Below, piece by piece: positions 29,996 to 40,617 of a stretch of DNA of 64,000 nt. The notes below the pieces were generated by a model. It was not told the origin of the DNA. It did no database searches and worked only from the letters and a program-made list of their open reading frames with translations. The position numbers were made by a program, and so were the translations under genes. Origin of the DNA: an uncultured Acidobacteriota bacterium. GTDB taxonomy: Bacteria; Acidobacteriota; Thermoanaerobaculia; Multivoradales; JAGPDF01. The DNA lies in contig CAVOXC010000017.1 in NCBI GenBank assembly GCA_963700315.1, forward strand, positions 28,062-92,061, read 5' to 3'. The number at the start of each line of letters is the position of its first letter. The stretch's first letter is position 1.

Positions 29996-30871
29996 CTAGG
30001 GTTGCTTGCCGGGCGGGCGCGGCGGTTCCGGCAGCTCGCGGCGCCGGTCGAGCGCCTGCTCGAAGTCGCGAAGCGCCTTGCACAGTCTCGGCTCCCGCCG
30101 GCAGGAGAGGTCGATCTGGGGGCAGCGACCCTCGGCGTCCGGCGTGCAGGCGGCGCAGCGCTCGAGTCGAAACGGCAGCTCTGCCGTGAAGAGAGTCTGG
30201 CAGCCCTTGCCCCGGTCGCAGCGCGTCTGGCAGCGATTCTGAGAGTTGCAGATCTCGCAACCGCCGCACTGGCCATCGTGCGTGCACTGGACCACCTGGC
30301 AGCTGCCGCCGCGGCAGACCTGGCGCGCGTCGCCGCAATCGGCGTCGGCGACGCAGGCGACCGGACGGCAGGCGCGATCGCGGCAGGCCATGCCGTTCGG
30401 GCATTCGCGGTTCTCCGAGCATGACGCGGCCTGGCACTGGTTGCGAGCGCAGACTTCGCCAGCGTCGCAGTCGGCTCCCAGGGTGCAATCGCCGCGGGTG
30501 CAACCGCCGCCACGGCAGGACATCCAACTCGGGCAGTTCTCATCGAAGTTGCAGAGCGAGCCCTCGCGCGGCCCGGGTTCCGCGCAGTGGCCCGAGACGC
30601 AGACTTCCGCGCCGAAGCAGTCGCTCTCGGCGTCGCAGCTGAGCGGGTTCGCGTCGCAGCGGCCGGCGCCCTCGTTGCAGCCGCAGGTGGGGAGCGCCGG
30701 ATTGACGCAGAAGCCGTCGTGGACGGGGCAGTCTGCGTCCTCGTCGCAGGCGATCTCGCTCGTCACGCGCGCCGAGGGCTGGCCGTAGAGAGCGGCCGGC
30801 AGGGCGCAGAGAAGAGCGACGATCAGTGCTCGAAGCGACAGGGGACGGAAGGCGACAGAGGCTTGGAGCAT
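29996..30871 (-). CDS. Secreted cysteine-rich repeat protein (Cys approx. 17% of residues)
   Basis: Signal MLQASVAFRPLSLRALIVALLCALPAALYGQ. Repeated C-x2-D-x-D-C-x(4-8)-C-x(2-5)-C units (e.g. CDEDADCPVHDGFC, CDAESDCFGAEVCVSGHC, CTLGADCDAGEVCARNQC, CVADADCGDARQVCRGGSC). Resembles myxobacterial-type Cys-rich repeats. Confidence 0.6.
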   Translation of the reverse strand: MLQASVAFRPLSLRALIVALLCALPAALYGQPSARVTSEIACDEDADCPVHDGFCVNPALPTCGCNEGAGRCDANPLSCDAESDCFGAEVCVSGHCAEPGPREGSLCNFDENCPSWMSCRGGGCTRGDCTLGADCDAGEVCARNQCQAASCSENRECPNGMACRDRACRPVACVADADCGDARQVCRGGSCQVVQCTHDGQCGGCEICNSQNRCQTRCDRGKGCQTLFTAELPFRLERCAACTPDAEGRCPQIDLSCRREPRLCKALRDFEQALDRRRELPEPPRPPGKQP

Positions 30872-31238
30872 GGGGACCTCTCTGACCTACACAGCCCAGC
30901 GTGAGAAGGCGATTTGCGGCGGGAGACTAGCATGGGGCTGCGTGCCGCGGGGGGGCATCGAAACGCCGCTCGGGCGGCCGGGGAGTATCCTTGTCGACCT
31001 GCGGGGAGGGGCAAATGGCGGGCAGATCTAGAGCGCGACGAGGCCTCGAGGAGTTCAAAGAAGGGGCGTCGCGCCCCGACGAAGATGGGGCGGCGGGCGA
31101 GGCGCGCGGCGTCTACTCTTCCCCTTGCGCCATGGACCTCGACGCGGCGCTCGCCGATCGGGAGGACGAGCCGGGAGACGCCCGGCCATTGGAGCCAAGC
31201 GTGGCATCGCGCGGAACCGCGGCCTCCCGCGGCGACCG

Positions 31239-32186
31239 ATGACAGCGGGGAACCGTCGCCGCATCGCGCTCCTTCGGCTCGCCGCGAGAGCGGGGCTCGT
31301 CGTGCTTCTCGCGGCCGTGACTTCGGGCTGTATCTCGTTGCGCCCCTACGCCGAGGTCGCTGCGGCGCTGCCGGCGGCGAGCCTGCTCGAGATCGATGGC
31401 CGGCGCGTGCACGTGGTCGACCGGGGCGAGGGGGAGCCGCTCCTCTTGTTGCATGGCTTCGGGGCCTCGACGCTGCTCTGGGAAGCGGTGATTCCCGAGC
31501 TCGCGCGCTCGCGCCGCGTGGTGGCGATCGACTTGAACGGATTCGGTTGGAGCCAGCGGCCCAAGGAGCGCGAGGCCTACACACTCGCCGGGCAGGAGCG
31601 GCTGGTGCTCGCCGTCGCCGACGCGCTCGGCTTCGCGCGCTTCGATCTCGCCGGGCACTCCTACGGCGGGGCGATCTCGCTCTTCCTCGCTTCGCGGCAT
31701 CCCGAACGCGTGCGCTCACTTCTGCTCGTCGACTCGGCGATGCCCGCCTACGGCACCCTGCGACGGCGGCGCCGTTACGCGAGCCGGACGTTCACCGCGC
31801 TCTTCGTGCGCACGATCGGGCTCACCACGCGGAGGGTGCGCGCCGGCCTCGAGGCCGTCTACGCCGACGACAGCAAGGTGACCGACGAGCTGGTGCGCGC
31901 CTACCTCGAGCGGCTACGAATCGAAGGGGTGGTGGACGCCTTCTACGGCCTCACCGCGCCCACGGGAGCGCCGCCCGACCAGGTCGACCTCGAGCGCCTG
32001 GCCGTGCCGGCGCTGTTCGTCTGGGGCGAGCGGGACGAGCTGATCTCCCTCGAGGCCGGTCGCGCCGCGGCGGCCAGAGTGCCGGGTGCGACCTTCGTCG
32101 GCCTGCCGAACTGTGGCCACTCGCCGATGGAGGAGTGCCCGCAGGCGTTCCTCGACGCCGTCGCACCGTTCCTCGCCGCGCGCTAG
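31239..32186 (+). CDS. Alpha/beta hydrolase lipoprotein
   Basis: MTAGNRRRIALLRLAARAGLVVLLAAVTSGC (lipobox) ...LLLLHGFGAS...DLAGHSYGGAISL (GxSxG) ...VWGERDELIS...GHSPMEE. Internal ATG of ORF 31125..32186. Confidence 0.75.
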   Translation: MTAGNRRRIALLRLAARAGLVVLLAAVTSGCISLRPYAEVAAALPAASLLEIDGRRVHVVDRGEGEPLLLLHGFGASTLLWEAVIPELARSRRVVAIDLNGFGWSQRPKEREAYTLAGQERLVLAVADALGFARFDLAGHSYGGAISLFLASRHPERVRSLLLVDSAMPAYGTLRRRRRYASRTFTALFVRTIGLTTRRVRAGLEAVYADDSKVTDELVRAYLERLRIEGVVDAFYGLTAPTGAPPDQVDLERLAVPALFVWGERDELISLEAGRAAAARVPGATFVGLPNCGHSPMEECPQAFLDAVAPFLAAR

Positions 32187-32297
32187 CGCGAGCTGCTTGC
32201 CTCTCGGCAGGCGAACTGCGAATGATGGCTCGCGGGACCGCCGGCGCCGGTTCGGCGACCGCGAGCTGTGGAACAATCGAGCACAGACTCTGGAGGC

Positions 32298-33347
32298 CAT
32301 GATGAGAACAGCCTGGTCGCTTCTACTGTCGATGACAGTCGTGGCGTGCGCGGCTCCGCAGAAGCAGGCGGAGAGCGGGCCGAAGCTGCCGACGCTCGCC
32401 GAATATTTCGACAACAGCGGACGCGACGACGCCGTCGCGGGCGGCGTGCGGATGATCCCGATCGCGACGCCGAAGGGGGAGTTCCGCGTCTGGACCCGAC
32501 GGACCGGCAACAACCCGGGGTGAAGGTCCTGGTGCTTCACGGCGGGCCGGGGGCGAACCACGAGTACCTCGAGGGCCTCGACACCATCCTGCCCGGCGCC
32601 GGCGTCGAGTACTACCAGTACGACCAGCTCGGCTCGGCCTTCTCCGACCAGCCCGACGAGCCCGAGCTCTGGGAGCTCCCGCGCTTCGTCGACGAGGTCG
32701 AACAGGTCCGCCGGGCGCTCGGACTCGGTCCCGACAACTTCGTGCTCTACGGCCAGTCGTGGGGCGGCATCCTTGCCATCGAGTACGCCCTAGCGCACCC
32801 GGAGCAGCTCAAGGGTCTCGTGATCTCGAACATGATGTCGAGCATCCCCGCGTACAACGCCTACGCCCACGGCGTGCTGATGCCGGCCATGGACCCGGCA
32901 GCGCTCGCCGAGATCCTGGCGCTCGAGGAGAAGAAGGACTTCGACAACCCCCGCTACAAGGAGCTGCTGATGGAACACTTCTACGTCCACCACTTCCTGC
33001 GCCTGCCGCTGGAAGAGTGGCCTCAGGGGGTGCTGCGCTCCTTCGCGACCCTGAACAAGAAGGTCTACGTGCCGATGCAGGGTCCGAGCGAGATGGGGGC
33101 GAGCGGCAAGCTGGTCGAGTGGGACCGCAGCGGCGACCTCCGGAAGATCGGCGTACCGACGCTGGTCATCGGCGCGGCGCACGACACCATGGACCCCAAG
33201 CACATGGAGTGGATGGCCGGCCAGTTCCGGAAGGGGCGCTACCTCTTCTGTCCCGACGGCAGCCACCTCGCGCTTTACGATGACCGCGAGATGTACGAGA
33301 AGGGGCTCGTCGACTTCCTTCACGATCTCGAGGCCGGCAAGCTCTGA
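32298..33347 (+). CDS. Proline iminopeptidase (S33 family) lipoprotein. One frameshift at ~32517 in a G run
   Basis: The N-part in frame 32086..32523 reads MMRTAWSLLLSMTVVACAAPQ...IATPKGEFRVWTRRTGNNPG* (RBS GGAGG upstream). It continues in frame 32268..33347: VKVLVLHGGPGANHEYLE...YGQSWGGILAIEYA (GxSxG)...DGSHLALYDDREMYEKGLVDFL. The join ...ccgggg|tgaaggtc... needs one extra G (GGGG to GGGGG). Confidence 0.7.
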   Translation, partial: HDENSLVASTVDDSRGVRGSAEAGGERAEAADARRIFRQQRTRRRRRGRRADDPDRDAEGGVPRLDPTDRQQPGVKVLVLHGGPGANHEYLEGLDTILPGAGVEYYQYDQLGSAFSDQPDEPELWELPRFVDEVEQVRRALGLGPDNFVLYGQSWGGILAIEYALAHPEQLKGLVISNMMSSIPAYNAYAHGVLMPAMDPAALAEILALEEKKDFDNPRYKELLMEHFYVHHFLRLPLEEWPQGVLRSFATLNKKVYVPMQGPSEMGASGKLVEWDRSGDLRKIGVPTLVIGAAHDTMDPKHMEWMAGQFRKGRYLFCPDGSHLALYDDREMYEKGLVDFLHDLEAGKL

Positions 33348-33614
33348 CCCGGCGGGGGCTCCGGGGAACCGCCGCGCGGCCGTGCAGTCGGTGCTTGGCC
33401 GCGATCAGCTCGCGCAGCAGCGACAGCTGCTCTTCCCAGATGCCCAGGAGCTCGACCCAGCGCACCCTTTGCAGCTCGTCGATCTTGTCGTGCAGGCGGC
33501 GGATCTCGATCTCGGCCTTCAGGTTGACCCGGGCGCGAGGTGCCAGCCTCTTGGCGGGGCGGCCGGGAGCTGGCTGCCCTTCCTGCTGCAAGTGACGAAT
33601 CGGCAAGGGGTTGC

Positions 33615-33630
33615 CAGGTGGCTGGCACCC
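33615..33630 (+). repeat. Copy of the motif (CAGGTGGCTGGCACCC) between the proline iminopeptidase gene and the reprolysin-like protease gene
   Basis: ttgccaggtggctggcaccctccccaccc. Confidence 0.65.
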
Positions 33631-33764
33631 TCCCCACCCTCTCCACCCTCCCGCCGCTCCCGCGCAGGTTCCTGCCCGCAGAGAGGTGGCAGCGGGGTCG
33701 AGCGAGTGAGAGACTGCCGCTCTTGCGCGCCGAAGCCAACGACTTTTGAGAAAGGTAGCGAGCG

Positions 33765-35804
33765 ATGAGGGCAACGAACCGCGGAGTGAAGGCTGGTGTT
33801 CTGATCGCGATGCTCGCGGCGGTTCCCGCCTGGGGGCAGGTCGACGCCTTCTGGCGCGATGCTCTCGTTCGACGACGTCCTAGAGAGCGCCGCGGCGGGG
33901 GAGCGGCGGATCGCTCCCGACCGGGCTCGTTTCGTGCGGCTCGATGCCGGGGCGCTCGCGGTGCTGCTGGCCACCGCGCCCGCCGAGGCGGCGGTGCCCG
34001 GCGGCCTGGCGGGCGTCGAGCTGTCGATTCCCGATCCCGACGGCGTCGTGCGCAGCTATCGCGTCGTCGATTCGCCGGTGATGGCGCCCGGGCTCGCGGC
34101 GCAGTATCCCGAGTGGCGGACCTTCCGGCTGATCGACACGGCCGACGCCCGCTACGGTGGCCGCGGCGACTGGACGCTGCACGGCTTTCACGCGCTGGTG
34201 CGCACGCCCGCCGGGACGCTCTTCGTGGATCCGGTCTGGCAGGGCGATACCGAGCTCTACCAGGTCTACTTCAAGGCCGATCTCGCGCCGCCGCGCGGAC
34301 CAGGTCTTCCGCTGCGACACGGACGATGCCGAGGCGGATCTCGCCGCCGGCACCGAAGCGCCGGAGGCGCCCGCGGTCGATCTCGATCTGCGCACCTACC
34401 GGCTGGCGCTCGCCGCGACCGGCGAGTACACCACGTTCCACGGCGGCACCGTGGCGGCGGGGCAAGCGGCGATCGTCACCGCGGTCAACCGGGTCAACGA
34501 GGTCTACGAGCGCGACCTGGCGATCCGGATGGTCCTGGTCGCCAACAACAGCCTGGTGGTCTACACCAACGGCGCGACCGACCCCTACACGAACAACAAC
34601 GGCGTGACGATGCTGGGGCAGAACACGGCGAACCTCAACGCCGTGATCGGCACGGCGAACTACGACATCGGCCACGTCTTCTCGACCGGCGGCGGCGGTG
34701 TCGCGACCCTCAACGGCCCCTGCGGCAGCAACAAAGCGCGTGGGGTGACGGGGCTCTCTTCGCCGATCGGCGACGGTTTCTACATCGACTACGTCGCCCA
34801 CGAGATGGGGCACCAGTGGGGCGGCTCGCACACCTTCAACGGCTCGACCGGCAGCTGTGCCGGCGGCAACCGCGTCGGCGTCCTCCGCCTACGAGCCGGG
34901 GAGCGGCTCGACGATCATGGCCTACGCTGGCATCTGCGGCGCCGAGAACCTGCAGCCGCACAGCGACGCCTATTTCCACCGCCGCAGTCTCGACCAGATC
35001 GAGACCTACAGCCGCACCGGCAACGGGGATACTTGCAAGGCGGTCGTCGCCCAGAGCAACGCGCAGCCGGTGGCCGACGCCGGAGCGGACTACACGATTC
35101 CGATCTCGACGCCCTTTGCGCTCACCGGGTCGGCGACCGACGGCAACGGCGGCGTTCTCGACTACTGCTGGGAACAGTGGGATCTCGGTCCGGCCGGCCC
35201 GGCCATCTCGGGCGACGCGCCGATCTTCCGTTCCTTCGATCCCGGTGCCGGGCCCGCGCCGGACGTTTCCCAAGGTGGAGGACCTCGTCGACGGCACGCC
35301 GACGATCGGCGAGACCCTTCCCACCTACGCCCGCACCATGCACTTCCGGTTGACGGCGCGCGACAACCAGCTCCCGGCGGGCGCGGAGGGGTCCGACCAG
35401 ACCGCGATCACGGTGAGCGCCGCGGCCGGCCCGTTCCTTGTCACCGCGCCGAACACGGCGGTGGTCTGGAACGGCCCCGGACCGCACACGCGTAACCTGG
35501 AACGTCGCCAACACCAACGCGGCGCCGGTCTCCTGCGCCACTGTCGACATCGACCTCTCGACCGACGGCGGCTTCGACTTCGACCAGTCGCTCGCGGTCA
35601 ACCTGCCCAACGACGGCAGCGAGCACGGTCTACGCCGGCGCCGGCGACACGGCGACGGCGCGGATCCGCGTCGCCTGCCGCGGCAACGTCTTCTTCGACA
35701 TCTCGAACGTCGACTTCTCGATCGCCGGAGCGAGCGGCCTGCTGTTCGCCGACAACTTCGAGTCGAGCGACACCACACGCTGGAGCCTGACCGAGAACCC
35801 CTGA
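33765..35804 (+). pseudogene. Secreted reprolysin-like (M12B-type) zinc metalloprotease with a C-terminal beta-rich domain. At least 5 frameshifts
   Basis: Signal MRATNRGVKAGVLIAMLAAVPAWGQ. Fragments across frames (33859..35790, 34157..35353, 34857..35495, 35438..36094, plus a final frame ending TGA 35802-35804): ...[20 protein letters not shown]..., ...[12 protein letters not shown]...[10 protein letters not shown]...[11 protein letters not shown]...[22 protein letters not shown] (HExxHxxGxxH), ...[10 protein letters not shown]..., ...ARDNQLPAGAEGSDQTAITVSAAAGPFLVTAPNTAVVW..., ...VACRGNVFFDISNVDFSIAGASGLLFADNFESSD. Confidence 0.6.
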
Positions 35805-35906
35805 GCCGCGCCGCTCGCCGCGGCGCGCGCTGTCGAACCGGGCGACGGCCCCGGCCCGGGCGAGGGCGGCTGGACCAGATCCGGGACCGAGTCGTCCGGA
35901 GGCTGC

Positions 35907-36711
35907 CTACTCGCGTTGCCGCTGCAGGCGGGCGACGATCTTGGCGGCGACGCCGCGGGGGATGGCGCGCACGGCGACGGCGCCGACCTGGTTGGCGATG
36001 CCCGGCACCACCACGCGCCGGCCCCGGCGGAAGCCGCGGTGGCCCGCGCGCGCCACCGCCGCCGCGCTCATCATCGGCAGCAGCCCCGAGGTGAGGGCGA
36101 TCCCCGCGCCGAAACCAGCGCGATCCTGGAAGCCGGTCGGCACCGGTCCGGGACAGAGGCAGGTGACGCGCGAGCGGCCCGCGAGCTCCTCGGCGAGCGC
36201 CTCGCTCCAGGAGAGGACGAAGGCTTTGGTCGCGTAGTAGGTGGCCATGTAGGGACCGGGCTGGTAGGCGGCGGTCGAGGCGACGTTGAGCACGCCGCCC
36301 TCCCGTCCCGCGGCGAGGATCCCGGGCAGCAGCCGCTTGGTGAGCTCGACCACCGCGACGACGTTGAGCCGGATCATCGCCAGCTCCGTCGTCGAGGTCG
36401 AGCGTGGCGACCTCGCCGAGCAATCCGTAACCGGCGTTGTTGACAAGCACGCTGGGAGAGATCCCGCGGCGGGCGAGCTCGGTGGCGAGCGCTTCGGGTC
36501 CGTTGGCCCGCGCGAGATCGAGGGCGATCGGCTCGGCGCGGGGCGCACCCAATTGCACGAGCTCGTCGGCGGCCGCGCCGAGCCGGTCCGCGCTGCGTGC
36601 CGTGAGGGCGAGGGCATGACCGTCGCGCGCGAAGCAGCGAGCGAGCTCGAGCCCGATACCGCCCGATGCGCCCGTCACGAGAATCCAGGATCTCTGCTCA
36701 TCGTTTGCCAT
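35907..36711 (-). CDS. Short-chain dehydrogenase/reductase (SDR) family oxidoreductase. One frameshift near 36400
   Basis: Start MANDEQRSWILVTGASGGIGLELARCFARDGHAL (TGxxxGIG), preceded by the RBS GGGAGG. NNAG motif (VLVNNAGYG) before the shift. After it (frame 35907..36617): NVASTAAYQPGPYMATYYATKAFVLSWSEAL (YxxxK) ...CPGPVPTGF. Confidence 0.65.
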
Positions 36712-36869
36712 CTCGCCTCCCGTCATCTCGTCACCCCCCCCTCTCCCCGCGGCCGCGCGCGCGGGCCCGCTCTGGAGACTATGCGCTCCGCGACAGGCGT
36801 TGGCGCGACCCCGTCCTTCCCCCCGCATGGGGTGGCGACCGGCGGGCTCACTTTCTCTAGAATCGCTCG

Positions 36870-38198
36870 ATGAATCGGATCGAGGCGGCGCGTTGGCTCG
36901 ACGCGATGCCGGATGCCGTGGTGGTCGTCGCGGCGGACGGCCGGATCGTGCAAGCCAACGAACGCTGCGAGAGCCTGCTCGGCTGGTCCCCCGGCGAGCT
37001 CGAAGGGCGGCCGCTCGCGCTGCTCGTGCCGGAGCGCTTCGTCGAGCACGAGGCAGAGCACGAGCGCTACTTCGCGGCGCCGGCGGTGCGGCAGATGGGA
37101 ACCGGGCTGGAGCTTCGCGCCCGCCATCGCGATGGCCGGGAGGTCACTGTCGACATCGCGTTGAGCCCGCTCGAAGTCGATGGCGGCAACTACGTCGTGG
37201 CGTCGATCCGCGACGCCAGCGCCCAGCGTGCGCACCTCGAGGAGCTGCGCCTGAAGTCGATCGCGCTCGACCATGCGGCGAGCGGAATCGTGATCACCGA
37301 CCTGCGCGGGGTCATCCTCTGGGTCAACCGCGCCGCGGCGCGAATGACGGGTTACGAGCGCGAGGAGTTGATCGGTCGCACGCCCAGCCTGCTCAAGTCG
37401 GGTGAGCACGACGACGCCTTCTACCGCGGGCTCTGGACGGAGATTCGAGCGGGGCGCACCTGGCAGGGCGCGATCGTCAACCGCCGGAAGGACGGATCGC
37501 ACTATCACGAGGAGCAGACGATCGCGCCCGTGCGCGACGCCGAGGGGCGGGTGAGCCACTACATCGCGGTCAAACAGGACGCCAGTGAACGTGTCGCCGC
37601 CGAGCAGTCGCTGCGCCGAGCGCACGACGACCTCGCCCGCTACGTCACCGAGATCGAGGCGCTGCAGGCGCGATTGCGAGAGCAGGCGATTCACGACCCG
37701 CTGACCGGGTTGTTCAACCGGCGCTATCTCGACGAGGCGCTGGCGCGCGAGGTAGCGCGCGCTCAGCGCGAACGCACGCCGTTGACGATCGCGATGATCG
37801 ACCTCGACCATTTCAAGGGGATCAACGACAGCCATGGCCATCCGGCGGGCGACCGGCTGCTCGTCGCGCTCGGTCGGATTCTGCTCGTGCAGAAACGAGC
37901 CGCCGACTTCGCCTGCCGCTTCGGCGGTGAGGAGTTCGTGGTCGTGTTGGTGGGGGCGGCCCTCGCCGGGGGGCTGGCGCGCTCGGAGGAGTGGCGGCGG
38001 AGCTACGCGGGCCTGGCGATGGACGCGGAGGCCGGACCCGTCGGGGCGACGCTCTCGATCGGCGTGGCCGAGCTCTGCCCCGACGAGCTCTCCACCGCCT
38101 TCCTGGCTCGCGCCGACGCCGCCCTCTATGCAGCCAAGGCGGCGGGGCGCGACCGCGTCGTCGCCGCCTCTCTTCCGGACGTCGACGGGGAGTCGTGA
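36870..38198 (+). CDS. PAS-domain diguanylate cyclase (PAS-PAS-GGDEF)
   Basis: Two PAS domains (DAVVVVAADGRIVQANERCESLLGW...; AASGIVITDLRGVILWVNRAAARMTGYE...) then GGDEF: TGLFNRRYLDE...DLDHFKGINDSHGHPAGD...RFGGEEFVVVL. Clean 442-aa ORF. Confidence 0.85.
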   Translation: MNRIEAARWLDAMPDAVVVVAADGRIVQANERCESLLGWSPGELEGRPLALLVPERFVEHEAEHERYFAAPAVRQMGTGLELRARHRDGREVTVDIALSPLEVDGGNYVVASIRDASAQRAHLEELRLKSIALDHAASGIVITDLRGVILWVNRAAARMTGYEREELIGRTPSLLKSGEHDDAFYRGLWTEIRAGRTWQGAIVNRRKDGSHYHEEQTIAPVRDAEGRVSHYIAVKQDASERVAAEQSLRRAHDDLARYVTEIEALQARLREQAIHDPLTGLFNRRYLDEALAREVARAQRERTPLTIAMIDLDHFKGINDSHGHPAGDRLLVALGRILLVQKRAADFACRFGGEEFVVVLVGAALAGGLARSEEWRRSYAGLAMDAEAGPVGATLSIGVAELCPDELSTAFLARADAALYAAKAAGRDRVVAASLPDVDGES

Positions 38199-38310
38199 GC
38201 AGGCGCCGGGTGACCTGAGGTCGAGAGCCGAGGTCAGGAGACAATCGCTTGGCGCGGTGGTCGCGGCGCGCCTGTGGGATGCTCCGGGGATTCATGGGAG
38301 CCCGAGACAC

Positions 38311-40582
38311 ATGATCGAAGCCCTGCGTCGCCCCGTCGCCCGCCTCGCGCTCGCCGCGCTCGTCCTGCCGCTCGCGCCCATCGCCGGCGATTCCGCACCG
38401 CCACCGATGCTCGGCTTCTCGGCCGCGGCCGCCGCCGCCGAGCGCGCGCGGGAGGCGCAGCTCGACGCCGCGCTCGCGCCGGCCGAGATGCGCGGCTGGC
38501 TCGAGCGGCTCGCTGCTCGCCCGCACCATGTCGGCTCGGCGTGGGGCCGTTCGAACGCCGAGTGGCTGCGCGATCTCTTCGCCGGCTGGGGCTTCGAGAC
38601 GCGCATCGAGACCTTCCAGGTGCTCTTTCCGACGCCGGTCGAGCGCTCGGTCGAGCTCCTGGCGCCGACGCGCTTCCGGGCGAAGCTGGAGGAGCCGGCG
38701 CTCGCCGAGGACTCGACCTCGGGGCAGAAGAGCGAGATCCTGCCGACCTTCAACGCCTACTCGATCGACGGCGACGTCACCGGCGAGCTGGTCTACGTCA
38801 ACCAGGGTCTCCCGCGCGACTACGAGGAGCTCGCCGAGCGCGGCATCGACGTCAAGGGCAAGATCGTGCTGGCGCGCTACGGTGGCTCCTGGCGCGGCAT
38901 CAAGCCCAAGGTCGCGGCGGAGCAGGGCGCCATCGGCTGCCTGATCTACTCCGACCCGCGCGGCGACGGCTACTTCGAGGGCGACGTCTATCCGCAGGGG
39001 GGCTACCGCGGACGCGAGTCGGTGCAGCGCGGCTCGGTCGCCGACATGCCGATCTACTCGGGCGACCCGCTCACTCCGGGAGTCGCCGCGACGGCGGATG
39101 CCGAGCGCCTTGCGCTCGACCAGGTGAAGGTGCTCACGAAGATCCCGGTCCTGCCGCTCTCCTACGGCGACGCCCAGCCGCTGCTCGCGGCGCTGGGCGG
39201 GCCGGTGGCGCCCGAGAGCTGGCGCGGCGCGCTGCCGCTCACCTACCACCTCGGCCCGGGCCCGGCGCGCGTGCGCCTGCGCGTGAAGTTCGACTGGAGC
39301 CTGAAGCCGGTCCACGACGTGATCGCGGTGCTGCCCGGCGCGAGCGCGCCCGACGAGTGGGTGGTGCGCGGCAACCACCACGACGCCTGGGTCCACGGCG
39401 CCACCGATCCGGTCTCGGGCCTGGTCGCGCTGCTCGCCGAGGCCAAGGCCGTCGGCGAGCTCGCGCGCGGCGGTTGGCGTCCGGCGCGTACGCTGGTCTA
39501 CGCCGCCTGGGACGGCGAGGAGCCGGGCCTGATCGGCTCGACCGAGTGGGCCGAAGCCCACGCCGAGGAGCTGCGGGCGAAGGCGGTCGCCTACCTCAAC
39601 ACGGACTCGATCACCCGCGGCTTTCTCGGTCTCGCCGGCTCGCACACGCTCGAGCGCTACGTCAACGAGGTCGCGCGCGACGTCGTCGATCCGCAGAGAG
39701 GCGTCTCGGTGCTCGAGCGGGCCCGCGCCGCGCGCGTCGCGCGCGCCGGCGACGACGAGGCGAAACGTCGCCTGCGCGACCAGGAGGATCTGCGGATCGG
39801 CGCGCTCGGCTCCGGCTCCGACTTCACGCCCTTCCTGCAGCATCTCGGCATCGCCTCGCTCAATCTCGATTTCGGCGGCGAGGAGCGAGTACGGCCAGTA
39901 CCACTCGGGCTACGACTCGATCGCCCACTACCTTCGATTCGGCGATCCGGACTTCGCCTACGTCGCCGCGGCCGCGCGCACCGGCTTGCGCCTCAGCCTG
40001 CGACTGGCCGAAGCCGAGGTGCTGCCCCTCACCCTCGACCGCGCCGCCGCGGCGATCGGCGAGTACGTCGAAGAGATCGAGAAGTTGACGGTGACGATGC
40101 GGCGCGAGAGCGAGGAGCGCGCCCGCCTGCTCGCCGACAGGACGCTCGAGCTCGCCGCCGATCCGACCAAGACCTTCGTGCCGCCGCCGGCGCTCGACCG
40201 CGTGCCCTTCCTCGAGCTGGCGCCGCTCCAGAACTCCGCCGCCCTGCTCGACGAGGCGGCGAAGCGCTTCGAGCGGGCGCGGCAGGCGGCTGTCGAGCGC
40301 GGTCTGGCGCCCGAGCGGCGTGCCGAGCTCAACGCTTTTCTGCGCGGCTTCGAGCGCCGCCTGACGAGCGCCGCCGGACTGCCCGGCCGCCCCTGGTACC
40401 GCCACCAGATCTATGCGCCCGGCCAGTACACCGGCTACGGTGTCAAGACGCTACCGGCGATCCGCGAGGCGATCGAGCTCCGACGCTGGGACGAGGCCAA
40501 CGCTCAGATCGTCGTCGTCGCGAAGCTGCTCGACGACGCTCGCGTGGCGATCGACGACATCACCGCCCGCCTGGCCGGCTGA
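38311..40582 (+). CDS. PSMA/transferrin-receptor-like M28 peptidase (PA domain + M28 + TFR-dimerisation domain), secreted. One frameshift at ~39885
   Basis: Signal MIEALRRPVARLALAALVLPLAPIAG. PA-domain segment (GKIVLARYGGSWRGIKPKVAAEQGAIGCLIYSDP). M28 metal-ligand region (RGNHHDAWVHGATDPVSG...AAWDGEEPGLIGSTEW...NTDS). After a single-G insertion (...FGGE|EYGQYHSGYDSIAHYLRFGDPDF...) the frame continues as 39986..40582, with the C-terminal domain PWYRHQIYAPGQYTGYGVKTLPAIREAIE. Confidence 0.7.
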
Positions 40583-40617
40583 CGACGGCTCCGCCGGCCA
40601 GGTGGATCGGACGGCCA

